This document shows, piece after piece, positions 1-8,601 of a stretch of 49,748 bases of DNA. Within the stretch, counting starts at the first letter, position 1, and each line of letters starts with the position of its first letter. Below the pieces are notes generated by a model. The model saw nothing but the letters and a program-made list of their open reading frames with translations, was not told where the DNA came from and did not search any database. The position numbers and the translations under genes are program-made. The stretch comes from an uncultured Hyphomicrobiales bacterium (lineage in GTDB: Bacteria; Bacteroidota; Ignavibacteria; Kapaibacteriales; UBA2268): assembly GCA_964499465.1 (NCBI GenBank), contig CAZCLJ010000003.1:1-49748 (forward strand). The letters are read 5' to 3'.

Positions 1-129
1 ATATTGAAAAAAAACAAAATTTGAAAGGAAAACTATTTAAATATAGTGAAATAAATAATAAAAATATTTTGAATTTAAATAAATTAATTTTATATTTGTA
101 TAAGCTAAAAGTATTTTAAAGTAAATAAA

Positions 130-540
130 ATGAAGACAAAAAACGCATATAAAGAAGCAATGCGTTACATAGAGAACGCAAGAGAAACGTTGAAACTTGC
201 CGGGAAAGATGGCAAGTTCTATGCAGATGAAAAGTATGTTAAGACTGCATCAGGCACCGCATATTCTGGAACGCTTGTTGCTTTAGATTATTTGTTTGAT
301 GTAAAGAATGTTCCTAAAAGAAGAGGAAGAAAATCTATTGATTATTACCAAGATAATTTAGGTAAAATTGATAAAAAACTATTAAAACATTTAAACAATG
401 CTTATTTAATTCTTCATTTAAATGGGTATTATGAGGGATTAACTAATATAAAAGCTATTGATGGTGGGCTAGACGAAGCTATATCATTAATTGATTCTAT
501 TAAGCAATACTGCAAAAATGGAGATGGGGTAAGCGAATAA
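130..540 (+). CDS. hypothetical small helical protein
   Basis: 136-aa ATG-initiated ORF with no longer competing ORF. It is Lys/Glu/Leu-rich with no signal peptide. I cannot name a family with confidence. Confidence 0.45.
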   Translation: MKTKNAYKEAMRYIENARETLKLAGKDGKFYADEKYVKTASGTAYSGTLVALDYLFDVKNVPKRRGRKSIDYYQDNLGKIDKKLLKHLNNAYLILHLNGYYEGLTNIKAIDGGLDEAISLIDSIKQYCKNGDGVSE

Positions 541-788
541 AAATAAATTTGATTTGCAATAAAAAATAATTAAATTAAAATATAAAAAAAATAAAATATT
601 TGAAAGGAAAAGCTATTTAAATATAGTGAAATAAAATACATAAGTAAGCTTGGTCTTACTGTCTGAACCTTGATTTGCTTGATTTAAAGATTACTTGATT
701 ATTACAATTAACAATTAACAATTAATCCTATAATCCTTATAATCAAGATTCAAGACAAATTGATTTAAATAATAAAAAGAAAAAAATT

Positions 789-2486
789 ATGAAAAAAACA
801 TTTTTTTTTATTATTATAGCTATTATTCTATTCTTTTCAATCAATATTAAGGCACAAAATCCGCAATGCCAGTGGGCTGAAAAAATTTCAGGAGATTCTA
901 CTGATAATACTCATTCAATATGTACAGATGTGAGCGGCAATGTATATGTTGCTGGTCGTTTTTACTCTCCTACACTAACATTTAATAACAGCATAACACT
1001 TTCAAACAGTGGTAATTGGGATGGCTTTATAGCAAAATATAATGGCGATGGAGTATGTCAGTGGGCAGAAAAAATTGCTGGAGCAGATGATGATTATACA
1101 TATTCAATAAGCACAGATGTGAGCGGCAATGTGTATGTTGCTGGATATTTTGGTTCTGATACACTAACATTTAACAATGGAAAAATACTTTCAAACGGTG
1201 GTTGTGGAGATGGCTTTATAACAAAATATAATGGCGATGGAGTATGCCAGTGGGCTGTAAGAATTGCTGGAACTGGGTATGAAATATTATATTCAATAAG
1301 CACAGACGCTAATGGCAATGTGTATGTTGCTGGTGATTTTAATAATACTCTACTATTGAATTACGACAAAAAACTTACAAACACTGGTAGAATGGATGTC
1401 TTTATTGCAAAATACAATAGCGATGGAGAACTTGAGTGGGCAAAAAAAATTGCAGGAACAAAAGATGAATATGCAAATTCAATAAGCACCGATATTAATG
1501 GCAATGTGTATGTTGCTGGTTATTATGATTCTCCTACACTAACATTTAACAACGGAAAAACACTTTCAAACAGTGGTAATTGGGATGGCTTTATAGCAAA
1601 ATATAATAGCGATGGAGTATGCCAATGGGCAAAAAAAATTGCAGGAACAGATTATGATAATTCATTTTCAATAATCACCGATGCTAATGGCAACGTGTAT
1701 GTTGCTGGTGAGTTTTCCTCTGCTAAACTAACATTTAACAACAGCATAACACTTTCAAACAGTGGTAGTTTGGATAGCTATATAGCAAAATATAATAGCT
1801 ATGGATTATGCCGGTGGGCTGAAAAAATTGCAGGAACAGATGAAGATTATTCATTTTCAATAATCACCGATGCTAATGGCAATGTTTATGTTGCTGGTGA
1901 GTTTTCCTCTGCTACACTAACATTTAACAATGGAAGAATACTTTCAAACAGTGGTAGTGGAGATGGCTACATAACAAAATATAATGGCGATGGAGTTTGC
2001 CAGTGGGTAGAAAAAATTGGCGGGGCAGATAATGAATATGCACATTCAATAATCAAAGATGTGAGTGGCAATGTTTATGTAACTGGTTATTTTAGGTCTG
2101 CCCCACTTAGATTTAACAACGGAAAAACAGTTTCAAGCAATGGCAGCGGAGATGGCTTTATAGCAAAATATACTGAAAGTCCACAAGGTATCCCCTTTTT
2201 ATCTCTTTCTACTAACAATGTGATAAACCAGCAACTCTTCCTTTCGCCAAACCCAGTTAACGACAACTACTTAAACATTGCATTTAATTTAGCTACTCCA
2301 GAGCAAGTTACAATAGAAATAGCAAATATGTTAGGTGAAATTGTATCAGTTGTCAAAGCAAATGAGTTCTTTCCTCAGGGAGAACATTCAATCAAAACAG
2401 ATATTAGCAATTTTCTTGTTGGAACTTACTTCTGCATTTTACGATACAAAGACAAAGTTTACCAACAGAAGTTTATTAGATATTAG
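789..2486 (+). CDS. secreted beta-propeller (SBBP-like) repeat protein with T9SS C-terminal sorting domain
   Basis: Signal peptide MKKTFFFIIIAIILFFSINIKAQ. About 8 tandem ~57-aa units follow the pattern CQWA.KIAG...YSI.TD..GNVYVAG.F.S..LTFNN...LSN.G..DGFIAKYN.DG. The C-terminal ~80 aa (LSPNPVNDNYLNIAFNL..VTIEIANMLGEIV..GTYFCILRY) fit the T9SS type-A CTD pattern. Confidence 0.8.
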   Translation: MKKTFFFIIIAIILFFSINIKAQNPQCQWAEKISGDSTDNTHSICTDVSGNVYVAGRFYSPTLTFNNSITLSNSGNWDGFIAKYNGDGVCQWAEKIAGADDDYTYSISTDVSGNVYVAGYFGSDTLTFNNGKILSNGGCGDGFITKYNGDGVCQWAVRIAGTGYEILYSISTDANGNVYVAGDFNNTLLLNYDKKLTNTGRMDVFIAKYNSDGELEWAKKIAGTKDEYANSISTDINGNVYVAGYYDSPTLTFNNGKTLSNSGNWDGFIAKYNSDGVCQWAKKIAGTDYDNSFSIITDANGNVYVAGEFSSAKLTFNNSITLSNSGSLDSYIAKYNSYGLCRWAEKIAGTDEDYSFSIITDANGNVYVAGEFSSATLTFNNGRILSNSGSGDGYITKYNGDGVCQWVEKIGGADNEYAHSIIKDVSGNVYVTGYFRSAPLRFNNGKTVSSNGSGDGFIAKYTESPQGIPFLSLSTNNVINQQLFLSPNPVNDNYLNIAFNLATPEQVTIEIANMLGEIVSVVKANEFFPQGEHSIKTDISNFLVGTYFCILRYKDKVYQQKFIRY

Positions 2487-2552
2487 AGTATCAACATAAA
2501 ATACTTTACCAGAACAATTTAGGTTTAAATAGAATTGGAATAGTAATTCTGG

Positions 2553-2636
2553 CTACTGGATTTATATGAATGCACCAGCGGTTTTGACGTATCCGGGGAA
2601 TTAGCTGTTGGCTGTCAACTGAAAGCCATCGGCTTT
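2553..2636. repeat. cassette-boundary repeat X, copy 1
   Basis: ctactggatttatatga..gcggttttgacgtatccgggRaattagct..gctgtca.ct.a..gcc.tcggcttt. It recurs at 3093-3176, and its 3' half recurs at 4497-4532. Confidence 0.8.
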
Positions 2637-2644
2637 ATATTTTT

Positions 2645-2684
2645 GTAGAGACACAGTATGCTGTGTCTCTACATTTTTTATTTT
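2645..2684 (+). terminator. hairpin plus T-rich tail (intrinsic terminator-like)
   Basis: gtagagacacag-tatg-ctgtgtctctac followed by attttttatttt. Related hairpins lie at 4541-4568 and 7810-7837, with a half copy at 3757-3776. Confidence 0.5.
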
Positions 2685-2795
2685 CTTTCCAAAATTACCA
2701 TTTATTAAGTTTTTTGAAACAAATCAATTATTCTTTTATTTGGATAATTGTTCTATTTTTGTTAATTTAATAAAGATTGTAAAAAATGCAGTTAA

Positions 2796-2900
2796 ATGAA
2801 AAGAAAATTAAAAATATATTTGGATACTTCAGTAATCAACTTTCTATTTGCTGACGATGCTACTTATGAGGTTTTAGATTATGAAATATCAGAAGAATAA
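2796..2900 (+). pseudogene. internally deleted PIN-domain gene remnant
   Basis: The 34-codon ORF MKRKLKIYLDTSVINFLFADD.. matches the N-terminus of the intact PIN protein at 23491-23961 (MNKQLKLYIDTSVIGGYYDKEF). It then runs straight into a short tail and stop. It overlaps the next small ORF just as the intact pair does. Confidence 0.45.
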
Positions 2901-3078
2901 AATTAGCATAATACACTCGAAAATTTCTAAATCACAATTAGAGGTTTGGGAAATGAAAAATAAAATTTATGACAAAGTTAAAGATTTGGAATTAAAAAAT
3001 GCTTTACGTAAAATATTAGAAGAATCCAAATATACAACTGACAATTTGATTGAAAAAGGTAAGATTGCGTTAAATTAA
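2881..3078 (+). CDS. small protein, partner of PIN module (antitoxin-like)
   Basis: 65-aa ORF overlapping the PIN remnant by 20 nt. It has the same position, and is about the same size, as the 58-aa ORF downstream of the intact PIN gene (23328-23504). Confidence 0.4.
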   Translation: MKYQKNKISIIHSKISKSQLEVWEMKNKIYDKVKDLELKNALRKILEESKYTTDNLIEKGKIALN

Positions 3079-3092
3079 AAAATATAAAGATG

Positions 3093-3176
3093 CTACTGGA
3101 TTTATATGACTGTCCCTGCGGTTTTGACGTATCCGGGAAATTAGCTTATAGCTGTCAGCTAACGGCTGTCGGCTTT
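3093..3176. repeat. cassette-boundary repeat X, copy 2
   Basis: Direct nucleotide similarity to 2553-2636. Confidence 0.8.
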
Positions 3177-3309
3177 TTCCCAAATTCAGCAGCTTGTGAA
3201 TGTTTTTTTTTAATTAAATCTTTCTGCTTTGCTTTTATTGAAAAAATGTTTAATTTGTTTATTATATTTTGTGTTATAAATTATGTATTTTTATTAAATT
3301 AATAATAAA

Positions 3310-3516
3310 ATGAATACAGCATATTTACAAATTCCACAATCTGCAGTAATTGATTTTTTGCATACTCTTCCCCGTGAACAAATATTGGATATTTTTGATA
3401 ATTTACTTGTCTATTCTGATGATTCAGCATTAACAAATGAAGAAAAAGATGCTCTAAACATTTCAATGAAAGAACTTGAGGAAGGTGAGTTAATAAATTG
3501 GGAAGATATAAGATAA
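3310..3516 (+). CDS. putative antitoxin of RelE/ParE module
   Basis: 68-aa acidic ORF overlapping the downstream RelE-like ORF by 19 nt, a typical type II TA arrangement. Confidence 0.55.
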   Translation: MNTAYLQIPQSAVIDFLHTLPREQILDIFDNLLVYSDDSALTNEEKDALNISMKELEEGELINWEDIR

Positions 3517-3746
3517 AATTTAGCAAATCTGCAACAAAACAATATCTGAATTTACCTTTAAATTATAAACAAATTGTTGACAATACTTTAAAGAAATTTC
3601 AAGATAGAATTCCTGTTGATATAAAACCAATTAAATCAACTGAAAATTGCTATAGAATTAGAATAGGTAGATATCGAATTCTACTTTTCATTGAAGAAGA
3701 CAACGTTATAATTTCTGAAATTGATACAAGAAGTAATGTTTATTAG
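3498..3746 (+). CDS. RelE/ParE family toxin
   Basis: 82 aa. YKIKFSKSATKQYLNLP at the N-terminus and YRIRIGRYRILLFIEEDNVIISEIDTRSNVY at the C-terminus match the RelE/ParE signature. Confidence 0.7.
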   Translation: MGRYKIKFSKSATKQYLNLPLNYKQIVDNTLKKFQDRIPVDIKPIKSTENCYRIRIGRYRILLFIEEDNVIISEIDTRSNVY

Positions 3747-3793
3747 AGTAGGAGATAAAGTACGCTGTGTCTCTACGTTTTGTTATACGCTTT

Positions 3794-4132
3794 TTAAAAA
3801 TGAATGTTGTTGATTAGGTCGTCAAAAGAATATTTATCATAAAAAACTATGAGACGAAAATATAACTCATTGAGATTAATTTGTTTACTTACAATTATAC
3901 CAAAGTGTTTTTTTCCAGTTTCTATATATTTTGAATATAAATTAACAAAATCTGCAACATTGAAAGTTACAATGCATCGTTGTTCAGAAATTGCAAATTC
4001 TAACTGCTCATCGTCAGTGAGACCTTTACGGTTTGCTTCGTCAATATGAATAGCATCAATATCACGTTTTCTCAAAGCAGCAGCACATTTTAAAGGAGTA
4101 TCTTCATCAAGCAAAAACTTCAACTTTTTCAT
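3794..4132 (-). CDS. DUF5615-type PIN-like putative toxin
   Basis: 112 aa. MKKLKFLLDEDTPL...DIDAIH...GLTDDEQLEFA..E.RCIVTFNVADF fits the DUF5615 (Mut7-C/PIN-like) pattern. It overlaps the upstream DUF433 ORF. Confidence 0.65.
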   Translation of the reverse strand: MKKLKFLLDEDTPLKCAAALRKRDIDAIHIDEANRKGLTDDEQLEFAISEQRCIVTFNVADFVNLYSKYIETGKKHFGIIVSKQINLNELYFRLIVFYDKYSFDDLINNIHF

Positions 4133-4433
4133 CGCTTAACTCCGATATGGCTTTCATTTCTGCAACTTTTTTTTCCCAATATTCAATATCATTATTATAA
4201 TCATTTTCCTTATCAATTTCTTCCTGATTGTCGAAATAGTATGCAAGTGCAGAAAATACCTGAGCAGGTTCAAGTGATGGATAATTGAGTAATATTTCAT
4301 CAATACTTTGCCCCATTTGATAAAATGCAGCAATAGTTCTTACTGGTATTCTGGTTCCCTCAATTATTACAGTGCCATCTAATATCTTGGAATTTTTAGC
4401 TAAATATGGGTATATTTCCATTACTAAATTCAT
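4107..4433 (-). CDS. DUF433 domain protein (antitoxin-like partner)
   Basis: 108 aa. ILDGTVIIEGTRIPVRTIAAFYQMGQSIDEILLNYPSLEPAQVFSALAYY is the DUF433 signature. It overlaps the DUF5615 ORF by 26 nt. Confidence 0.7.
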   Translation of the reverse strand: MNLVMEIYPYLAKNSKILDGTVIIEGTRIPVRTIAAFYQMGQSIDEILLNYPSLEPAQVFSALAYYFDNQEEIDKENDYNNDIEYWEKKVAEMKAISELSDEKVEVFA

Positions 4434-4496
4434 AAAATTTAAATATATAACAATAAATAAACGAATTATTAATATTATTATTTCAAAATATATATC

Positions 4497-4532
4497 AGCT
4501 ATTAGCTGTCAGCTAACGGCTGTTGGCTTTTT
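4497..4532. repeat. cassette-boundary repeat X, partial copy 3
   Basis: cagctattagctgtcagctaacggctgttggctttttt matches the 3' part of copy 2. Confidence 0.7.
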
Positions 4533-4620
4533 TAATTTTTGTAGGGAACAGGCATTCCTGTTCTTTACGTTTTTATCTTCTTTCCAAATTCAACTTGGAA
4601 ATGATTTTCTAAAATATTAT

Positions 4621-4797
4621 CTTTCTGCTTTGCTTTTATTTTAAAAATGTTTGATTTGTTTATTATATTTTATAATTTAAATCAATTAAATTATTAATAA
4701 AATGAATATAGCATACTTACAAATTCCACAATCTGCAGTAATTGATTTTGTGCATACTCTTCCCCGTGTATAAATATTGGATATTTTTGATAATTTA
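4621..4797. repeat. duplicate of 3220-3405 (upstream region plus first 23 codons of the antitoxin gene)
   Basis: ctttctgctttgcttttatt...aataaaatgaata.agcata.ttacaaattccacaatctgcagtaattgatttt is shared by both copies. Confidence 0.8.
4702..4773 (+). pseudogene. truncated duplicate of the 3310-3516 antitoxin gene
   Basis: MNIAYLQIPQSAVIDFVHTLPRV* compares with MNTAYLQIPQSAVIDFLHTLPREQ... in the full gene. It has a premature TAA, and nucleotide homology continues past the stop to about 4797. Confidence 0.65.
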
Positions 4798-4832
4798 TAA
4801 CAAACCGCTAACTAATAGTGCAAAATCTTAAT

Positions 4833-4913
4833 GTCATTTCGTAACGAAATGAGAAATCTCACAACTCCTTGCTAACAAAGACATTGAGATTCATCACTTC
4901 GTTTCGGAATGAC
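4833..4913. repeat. palindromic MITE/REP-like element, family A
   Basis: gtcatttcgtaacgaaatgagaaatctcac ... gagattcatcacttcgtttcggaatgac: ~28-bp inverted arms around a ~25-bp core. Confidence 0.8.
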
Positions 4914-5150
4914 AGACAATCATATTTTATCTTTAAAAGCAACTTGGTATAATGACTAATAACCTATAAACTTTTTTTTCCGTCAGAATGACACGGAAAA
5001 TTATGTCATCTCCTTTTAAATAAAGCACTAGCTTAATCAGGGAGGTCAGAATGACAAGAACCTTTTATAAGTTGTTCAATGAATCATCACACAAGAAAAG
5101 ATTAATTAGTCTTATATCCTCCTTCCCAAGCCCAACTTGAGAAGGATGGT

Positions 5151-5276
5151 ATCATTAATCATTAATCATTAATCATTAATCATTAATCATTAATCACTAA
5201 TCACTAATCACTAATCACTAATCACTAATCACTAATCACTAATCATTAATCATTAATCATTAATCATTAATCACTA
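5151..5276. repeat. heptanucleotide microsatellite, 18 units
   Basis: Counted by hand: 6 x ATCATTA, 7 x ATCACTA, 4 x ATCATTA, 1 x ATCACTA. It ends 3 nt from the pgk stop codon (5280-5282). Confidence 0.95.
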
Positions 5277-5279
5277 TTT

Positions 5280-6470
5280 TCACTGTTGTAAAGCAGCTAT
5301 ACCGGGAAGTTCTTTGCCTTCAAGAAATTCAAGTGAAGCGCCTCCACCAGTTGAAATATGAGTAATTTTTTCTTTTAAATGCATTTGAATCACGGCTGCA
5401 GCTGAATCTCCACCACCGACAATGCTTATAGCGCCCTTATGAGTTGCATTGGCAAGAGAATTTGCAATTGAACGGGTGCCTTTGGAAAATTTATTCATTT
5501 CGAACACTCCCATAGGACCATTCCAGAAAATTGTTTTGGATTTTGTAATTTCATCAATGAAGATTTTTTGAGTTTCTTCTCCGATGTCCATACCCATCCA
5601 ATCTTTCGGCATTTCATTAAATTTAACGGTCTTTGCGTTGGCAGTATCTGAAAAAGCATCAGAAACAACCACATCAACAGGCAGTAATAGTTTTACATTA
5701 TTACTTTTTGCTTCCTGAATGAGTTCTTTAGCAAGTTCGATTTTGTCTTCTTCGACAATAGATTTTCCAATTTCATAACCCATTGCTTTAAAGAAGGTGT
5801 ACATCATTCCACCACCTAAAATAATTGTGTCGCATTTAGTCATCAGATTACGGATAACATCAATTTTTCCTGAGATTTTAGCGCCACCAATTACGGCGGT
5901 AAACGGATGAACAGGATTAATAATGGCTTTGCCGAGATATTCAATTTCATCAAGAAGTAATTTACCTGCATATTTTTCATTGAAAAATTTAGCTACTTCA
6001 AAAGTACTTGAGTGAGCGCGGTGAGCAGAACCGAATGCATCGTTAACATAAACATCAGCAAGTGATGCAAGCTGTTTTGCAAATTCATTGTCATTCATTT
6101 CTTCTTCTTTATGGAAACGCAGATTCTCAAGCAATACGATACTGCCGGCATCAGCTATTCGAATTGCATCAAGAGCTGGTTTCCCTATACAATCCTTAGC
6201 AAAATGAACTTTAAAACCGTATCTTTTTTTCAATACTTCTGCAACAGGACGAAGCGAGAATTTTGGATTCGATTCTCCTTTGGGTCTCCCTAAATGAGAC
6301 ATAACTATTGGCAAGCCACCATCGTCAATAATTTTATCTATCGTTGGGAGCGACTCGCGTATGCGGTTGTCATCGGTTACTTCTAAATCTTGATTCAGAG
6401 GAACGTTAAAATCTACTCTAAGCAGGACTTTTTTACCCTCAAACACTGTATCGTATATTGATTTTATCAT
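5280..6470 (-). CDS. pgk: phosphoglycerate kinase
   Basis: Full-length match to the PGK pattern (KKVLLRVDFNVPL, MSHLGRPKG, IGGAKISGKI, WNGPMGVFE, STGGGASLEFLEG). The start is probably the MIKSIYD Met, since the ORF track extends 5 codons further to 6485. Confidence 0.95.
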   Translation of the reverse strand: MIKSIYDTVFEGKKVLLRVDFNVPLNQDLEVTDDNRIRESLPTIDKIIDDGGLPIVMSHLGRPKGESNPKFSLRPVAEVLKKRYGFKVHFAKDCIGKPALDAIRIADAGSIVLLENLRFHKEEEMNDNEFAKQLASLADVYVNDAFGSAHRAHSSTFEVAKFFNEKYAGKLLLDEIEYLGKAIINPVHPFTAVIGGAKISGKIDVIRNLMTKCDTIILGGGMMYTFFKAMGYEIGKSIVEEDKIELAKELIQEAKSNNVKLLLPVDVVVSDAFSDTANAKTVKFNEMPKDWMGMDIGEETQKIFIDEITKSKTIFWNGPMGVFEMNKFSKGTRSIANSLANATHKGAISIVGGGDSAAAVIQMHLKEKITHISTGGGASLEFLEGKELPGIAALQQ

Positions 6471-6642
6471 ATATTTGAATAGCATTATTAAACATACTAT
6501 TACTAATATATAAAATTTTTTTCAATTTAAAAGAACAAAAGTTATTTTTTTGAAAATAATTATAATTTAAAAATCAAATTAATGGCATATATTTTGATAA
6601 TTTTGTAATTGAAATAATGAATTGATTATAAATGGAAAATTT

Positions 6643-7593
6643 ATGACAATAAATGAAGATTATACCATTATCGGGATTGATGGTGGCGGTACAAAGACAA
6701 GAGGAGTTCTTTATAGAAGTAATGAAATTATTGCAAAATCCAATTCCGGAACTACTCGTATAGGAGCGGTTGGGGTTGGCGAATCTTGCGAAAGATTGCT
6801 TAATGTAATTGCTGATTTATGTATTAGAGCAAATATTGATAGTTCCGAAATAGATGCAGTTGTAGTTGGTTTAGCAGGGGTCTGGTTAGATGAAGAAAAG
6901 AAGCGTTCAACTCAACTCATAAAAACTTTAGCACGAACCCAAAAAATGTATCTTAATGACCTTATTGTAACAAGCGATGCCGAATTAGCACTTGAAGGAG
7001 CTTTTGAAGGCGACCAGGGAATTGTAATGATTGTTGGTACTGGTTCGATTGCGATTGGCAAAGTTGGCAAAAACCAATTGATTAGATGCGGTGGATGGGG
7101 TATCGAACTTGATGATGAAGGTAGTGGGGCTTGGATTGGGCGCGAAGGGCTTACTGCAATTGTCAGGGCTCTTGATGGCAGAGGAAATAATACAACTTTA
7201 ACTAAAGTATTCACTGAGCTTTATCCTTCCAGTATTGATATTAAAGAACCCAGAACTATTGTTAAAGCATATTCAGACAGAGTTTTTGAATATTATATGC
7301 TTTCTCCTTTAGTGATGAAATGTGCAGAAGAAGGGGACCCGGTTTGCCTCGAAATAATTCAAAAAGCTGCTTTTCATCTGATGGAACTTCTTGAAACTTT
7401 GCAAAAGAAATATAAAACTCAGCAAGTTAAAGTAGCATTACTTGGGGGTATTATTGAAGCAGATACTATTCTTGCAAAAATGCTTGAAGATAATATAGCT
7501 ATTAATCCGAAATTTAAACGAATTGACGCTAAAAGAAGTGCATTAGATGGTGCTATTGCTATAGGGAAGCGGCTTATTTCTGAAATGGAATAG
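6643..7593 (+). CDS. BadF/BadG/BcrA/BcrD-type ATPase, N-acetylglucosamine kinase-like
   Basis: IIGIDGGGTKTRGVL phosphate-1 motif, VGTGSIA and WG..LDDEGSGAWIG motifs of the ASKHA/COG2971 family. I prefer the ATG at 6643 over the TTG at 6622. Confidence 0.8.
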   Translation: MTINEDYTIIGIDGGGTKTRGVLYRSNEIIAKSNSGTTRIGAVGVGESCERLLNVIADLCIRANIDSSEIDAVVVGLAGVWLDEEKKRSTQLIKTLARTQKMYLNDLIVTSDAELALEGAFEGDQGIVMIVGTGSIAIGKVGKNQLIRCGGWGIELDDEGSGAWIGREGLTAIVRALDGRGNNTTLTKVFTELYPSSIDIKEPRTIVKAYSDRVFEYYMLSPLVMKCAEEGDPVCLEIIQKAAFHLMELLETLQKKYKTQQVKVALLGGIIEADTILAKMLEDNIAINPKFKRIDAKRSALDGAIAIGKRLISEME

Positions 7594-7675
7594 CGCTTAT
7601 CAGCAAAGATTTTAAATAATAAAAATATTTTATACTATCTAGTGTTGTAATTCGTTAAAAGACTTATTATATTGT

Positions 7676-7756
7676 GTCATTTCGAAACGAAGTGAGAAAT
7701 CTCACAAGTCACTGCTACTACAGAACTTGAGATTCCTCACTTCGTTTCGGAATGAC
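7676..7756. repeat. family A element
   Basis: gtcatttcgaaacgaagtgagaaatctcacaag...cttgagattcctcacttcgtttcggaatgac. Confidence 0.85.
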
Positions 7757-7843
7757 AAGAAATGTTTATTAGGTTTTCAATAAATTATTACACTAGCTTT
7801 TAACAAGATGAAGGGAACAGACATATCTGTTCCCTTCGTTTGA

Positions 7844-7975
7844 TAATTACTATATTGCTTAAGTCATACGATGACTGGCAGTCATCGTATGACTTGGAAA
7901 GTGCAGCGGGTCTATACTGTGGAAACGCCCAATTTCGTCATCGTATTTTCTTACTTCGTGGTCGGCGTTTTGCTT
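7844..7975. repeat. repeat family D, copy 1
   Basis: taattactatattgctt.agtcatacgatgactggcagtcatcgtatgacttggaaagtgcagcgggtctat...tttcgtcatcgt..tttcttact.cg.ggtcggcgttttgctt. It contains a 15-bp-stem hairpin. Confidence 0.85.
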
Positions 7976-8063
7976 TCTTTTTCTTTTTCTTTTCGATGAA
8001 TTTGGAGCGGTTTATACAGTTTGAACTTGAACACAGAACTTACCCAAACTGAGCATAATCATA

Positions 8064-8306
8064 CTATTCTTCAATTTTATTGCTTTTTTCAAAAAGAATT
8101 TCAGGGTCAAAATCCAATCCATTTGACCATTCTATACTGTCAAAGCATACTTTAACTTGGTTAAACTGATTTATATCTTTCAACTCTTTAAAACGACCAA
8201 TATCTAAATACTTTTTCATATCAAAAATACGAACCTGACAATTATCAAATTTCAGTTTTAAGATATGATTTTCTAATGGTTCTACTTCTATGACTGCTGG
8301 ATACAT
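8064..8306 (-). CDS. DUF2442 domain protein
   Basis: 80 aa. V.EVEPLENHILKLKFDNCQVRIFDMKKYL...F..V.....IEWSNGLDFDPE fits DUF2442. Confidence 0.65.
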   Translation of the reverse strand: MYPAVIEVEPLENHILKLKFDNCQVRIFDMKKYLDIGRFKELKDINQFNQVKVCFDSIEWSNGLDFDPEILFEKSNKIEE

Positions 8307-8373
8307 TTTTCTCCTTTATTTTAATGGTTCAATATTATAAGGATTTTCACCCTCCTGACAAAGCTTCCAATTT

Positions 8374-8601
8374 CAGAACTCCTGATGCCTCGTAGTTTGC
8401 TATTGCGCATTTAATATAGTTCTGATATTAAAAATAATGTAATTTCAAAAAATAACAAGCATATAACTCCTAAATAAATTTAGGAGTTATTCTAATAATT
8501 AGAGTAACTCCCAAATTTATTTGGGAGATTAACTGCGCAATTGTTCTTTACGAGGCAAAACTCCTAACTCCTTTATTTTTGTTATGGGGGCTGGAGTTCT
8601 G
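8374..8601. repeat. composite MITE-like element (cagaactcc...ggagttctg ends, central double hairpin)
   Basis: Left end cagaactcctgatgcctcgtagtttgctattgcgca, with a degenerate inverted copy at 8534-8601. The centre carries aactcctaaataaatttaggagtt and aactcccaaatttatttgggag hairpins. Confidence 0.7.

Noticed and set aside
1094-1318. Antisense or alternate-frame ORFs nested inside longer well-supported genes. This one is an example; others are 5495-5677, 6111-6293, 6912-7214, 14603-14893, 14610-14813, 15451-15774, 16011-16244, 16525-17007, 18519-18746, 20596-21000, 22741-22947, 23561-23884, 25430-25962, 27123-27623, 27410-27598, 27894-28253, 29752-29973, 32185-32422, 35459-35831, 36660-36926, 37732-38373, 38806-39081, 43298-43537, 43811-44198, 45982-46209, 46466-46675 and 47240-47449.
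   Set aside because: Each lies within a longer ORF that has recognisable family motifs. Their products are low-complexity or hydrophobic strings typical of shadow frames in AT-rich DNA.
3090-3302. ORFs of 70, 90 and 70 aa at 3090-3302, 4372-4644 and 7840-8052.
   Set aside because: They are composed largely of the intergenic repeat elements (repeat X, family D) and recur only as nucleotide repeats, so they are not credible genes. The ORF at 3299-3526 (minus strand) is the shadow of the antitoxin gene.
2553-4797. A bona fide integron.
   Set aside because: There is no intI-like tyrosine recombinase in the window, and I could not identify R''/R' (RYYYAAC/GTTRRRY) core sites in repeat X. I kept it only as a cassette-array-like observation.
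5151-5276. Possible CRISPR array (regular short repeats), also considered for the palindromic repeat clusters at 8900-10200 and 28370-28900.
   Set aside because: The 7-nt units are contiguous with no spacers. The larger repeats are irregularly spaced, belong to several families, and occur in both orientations. No cas genes are present.
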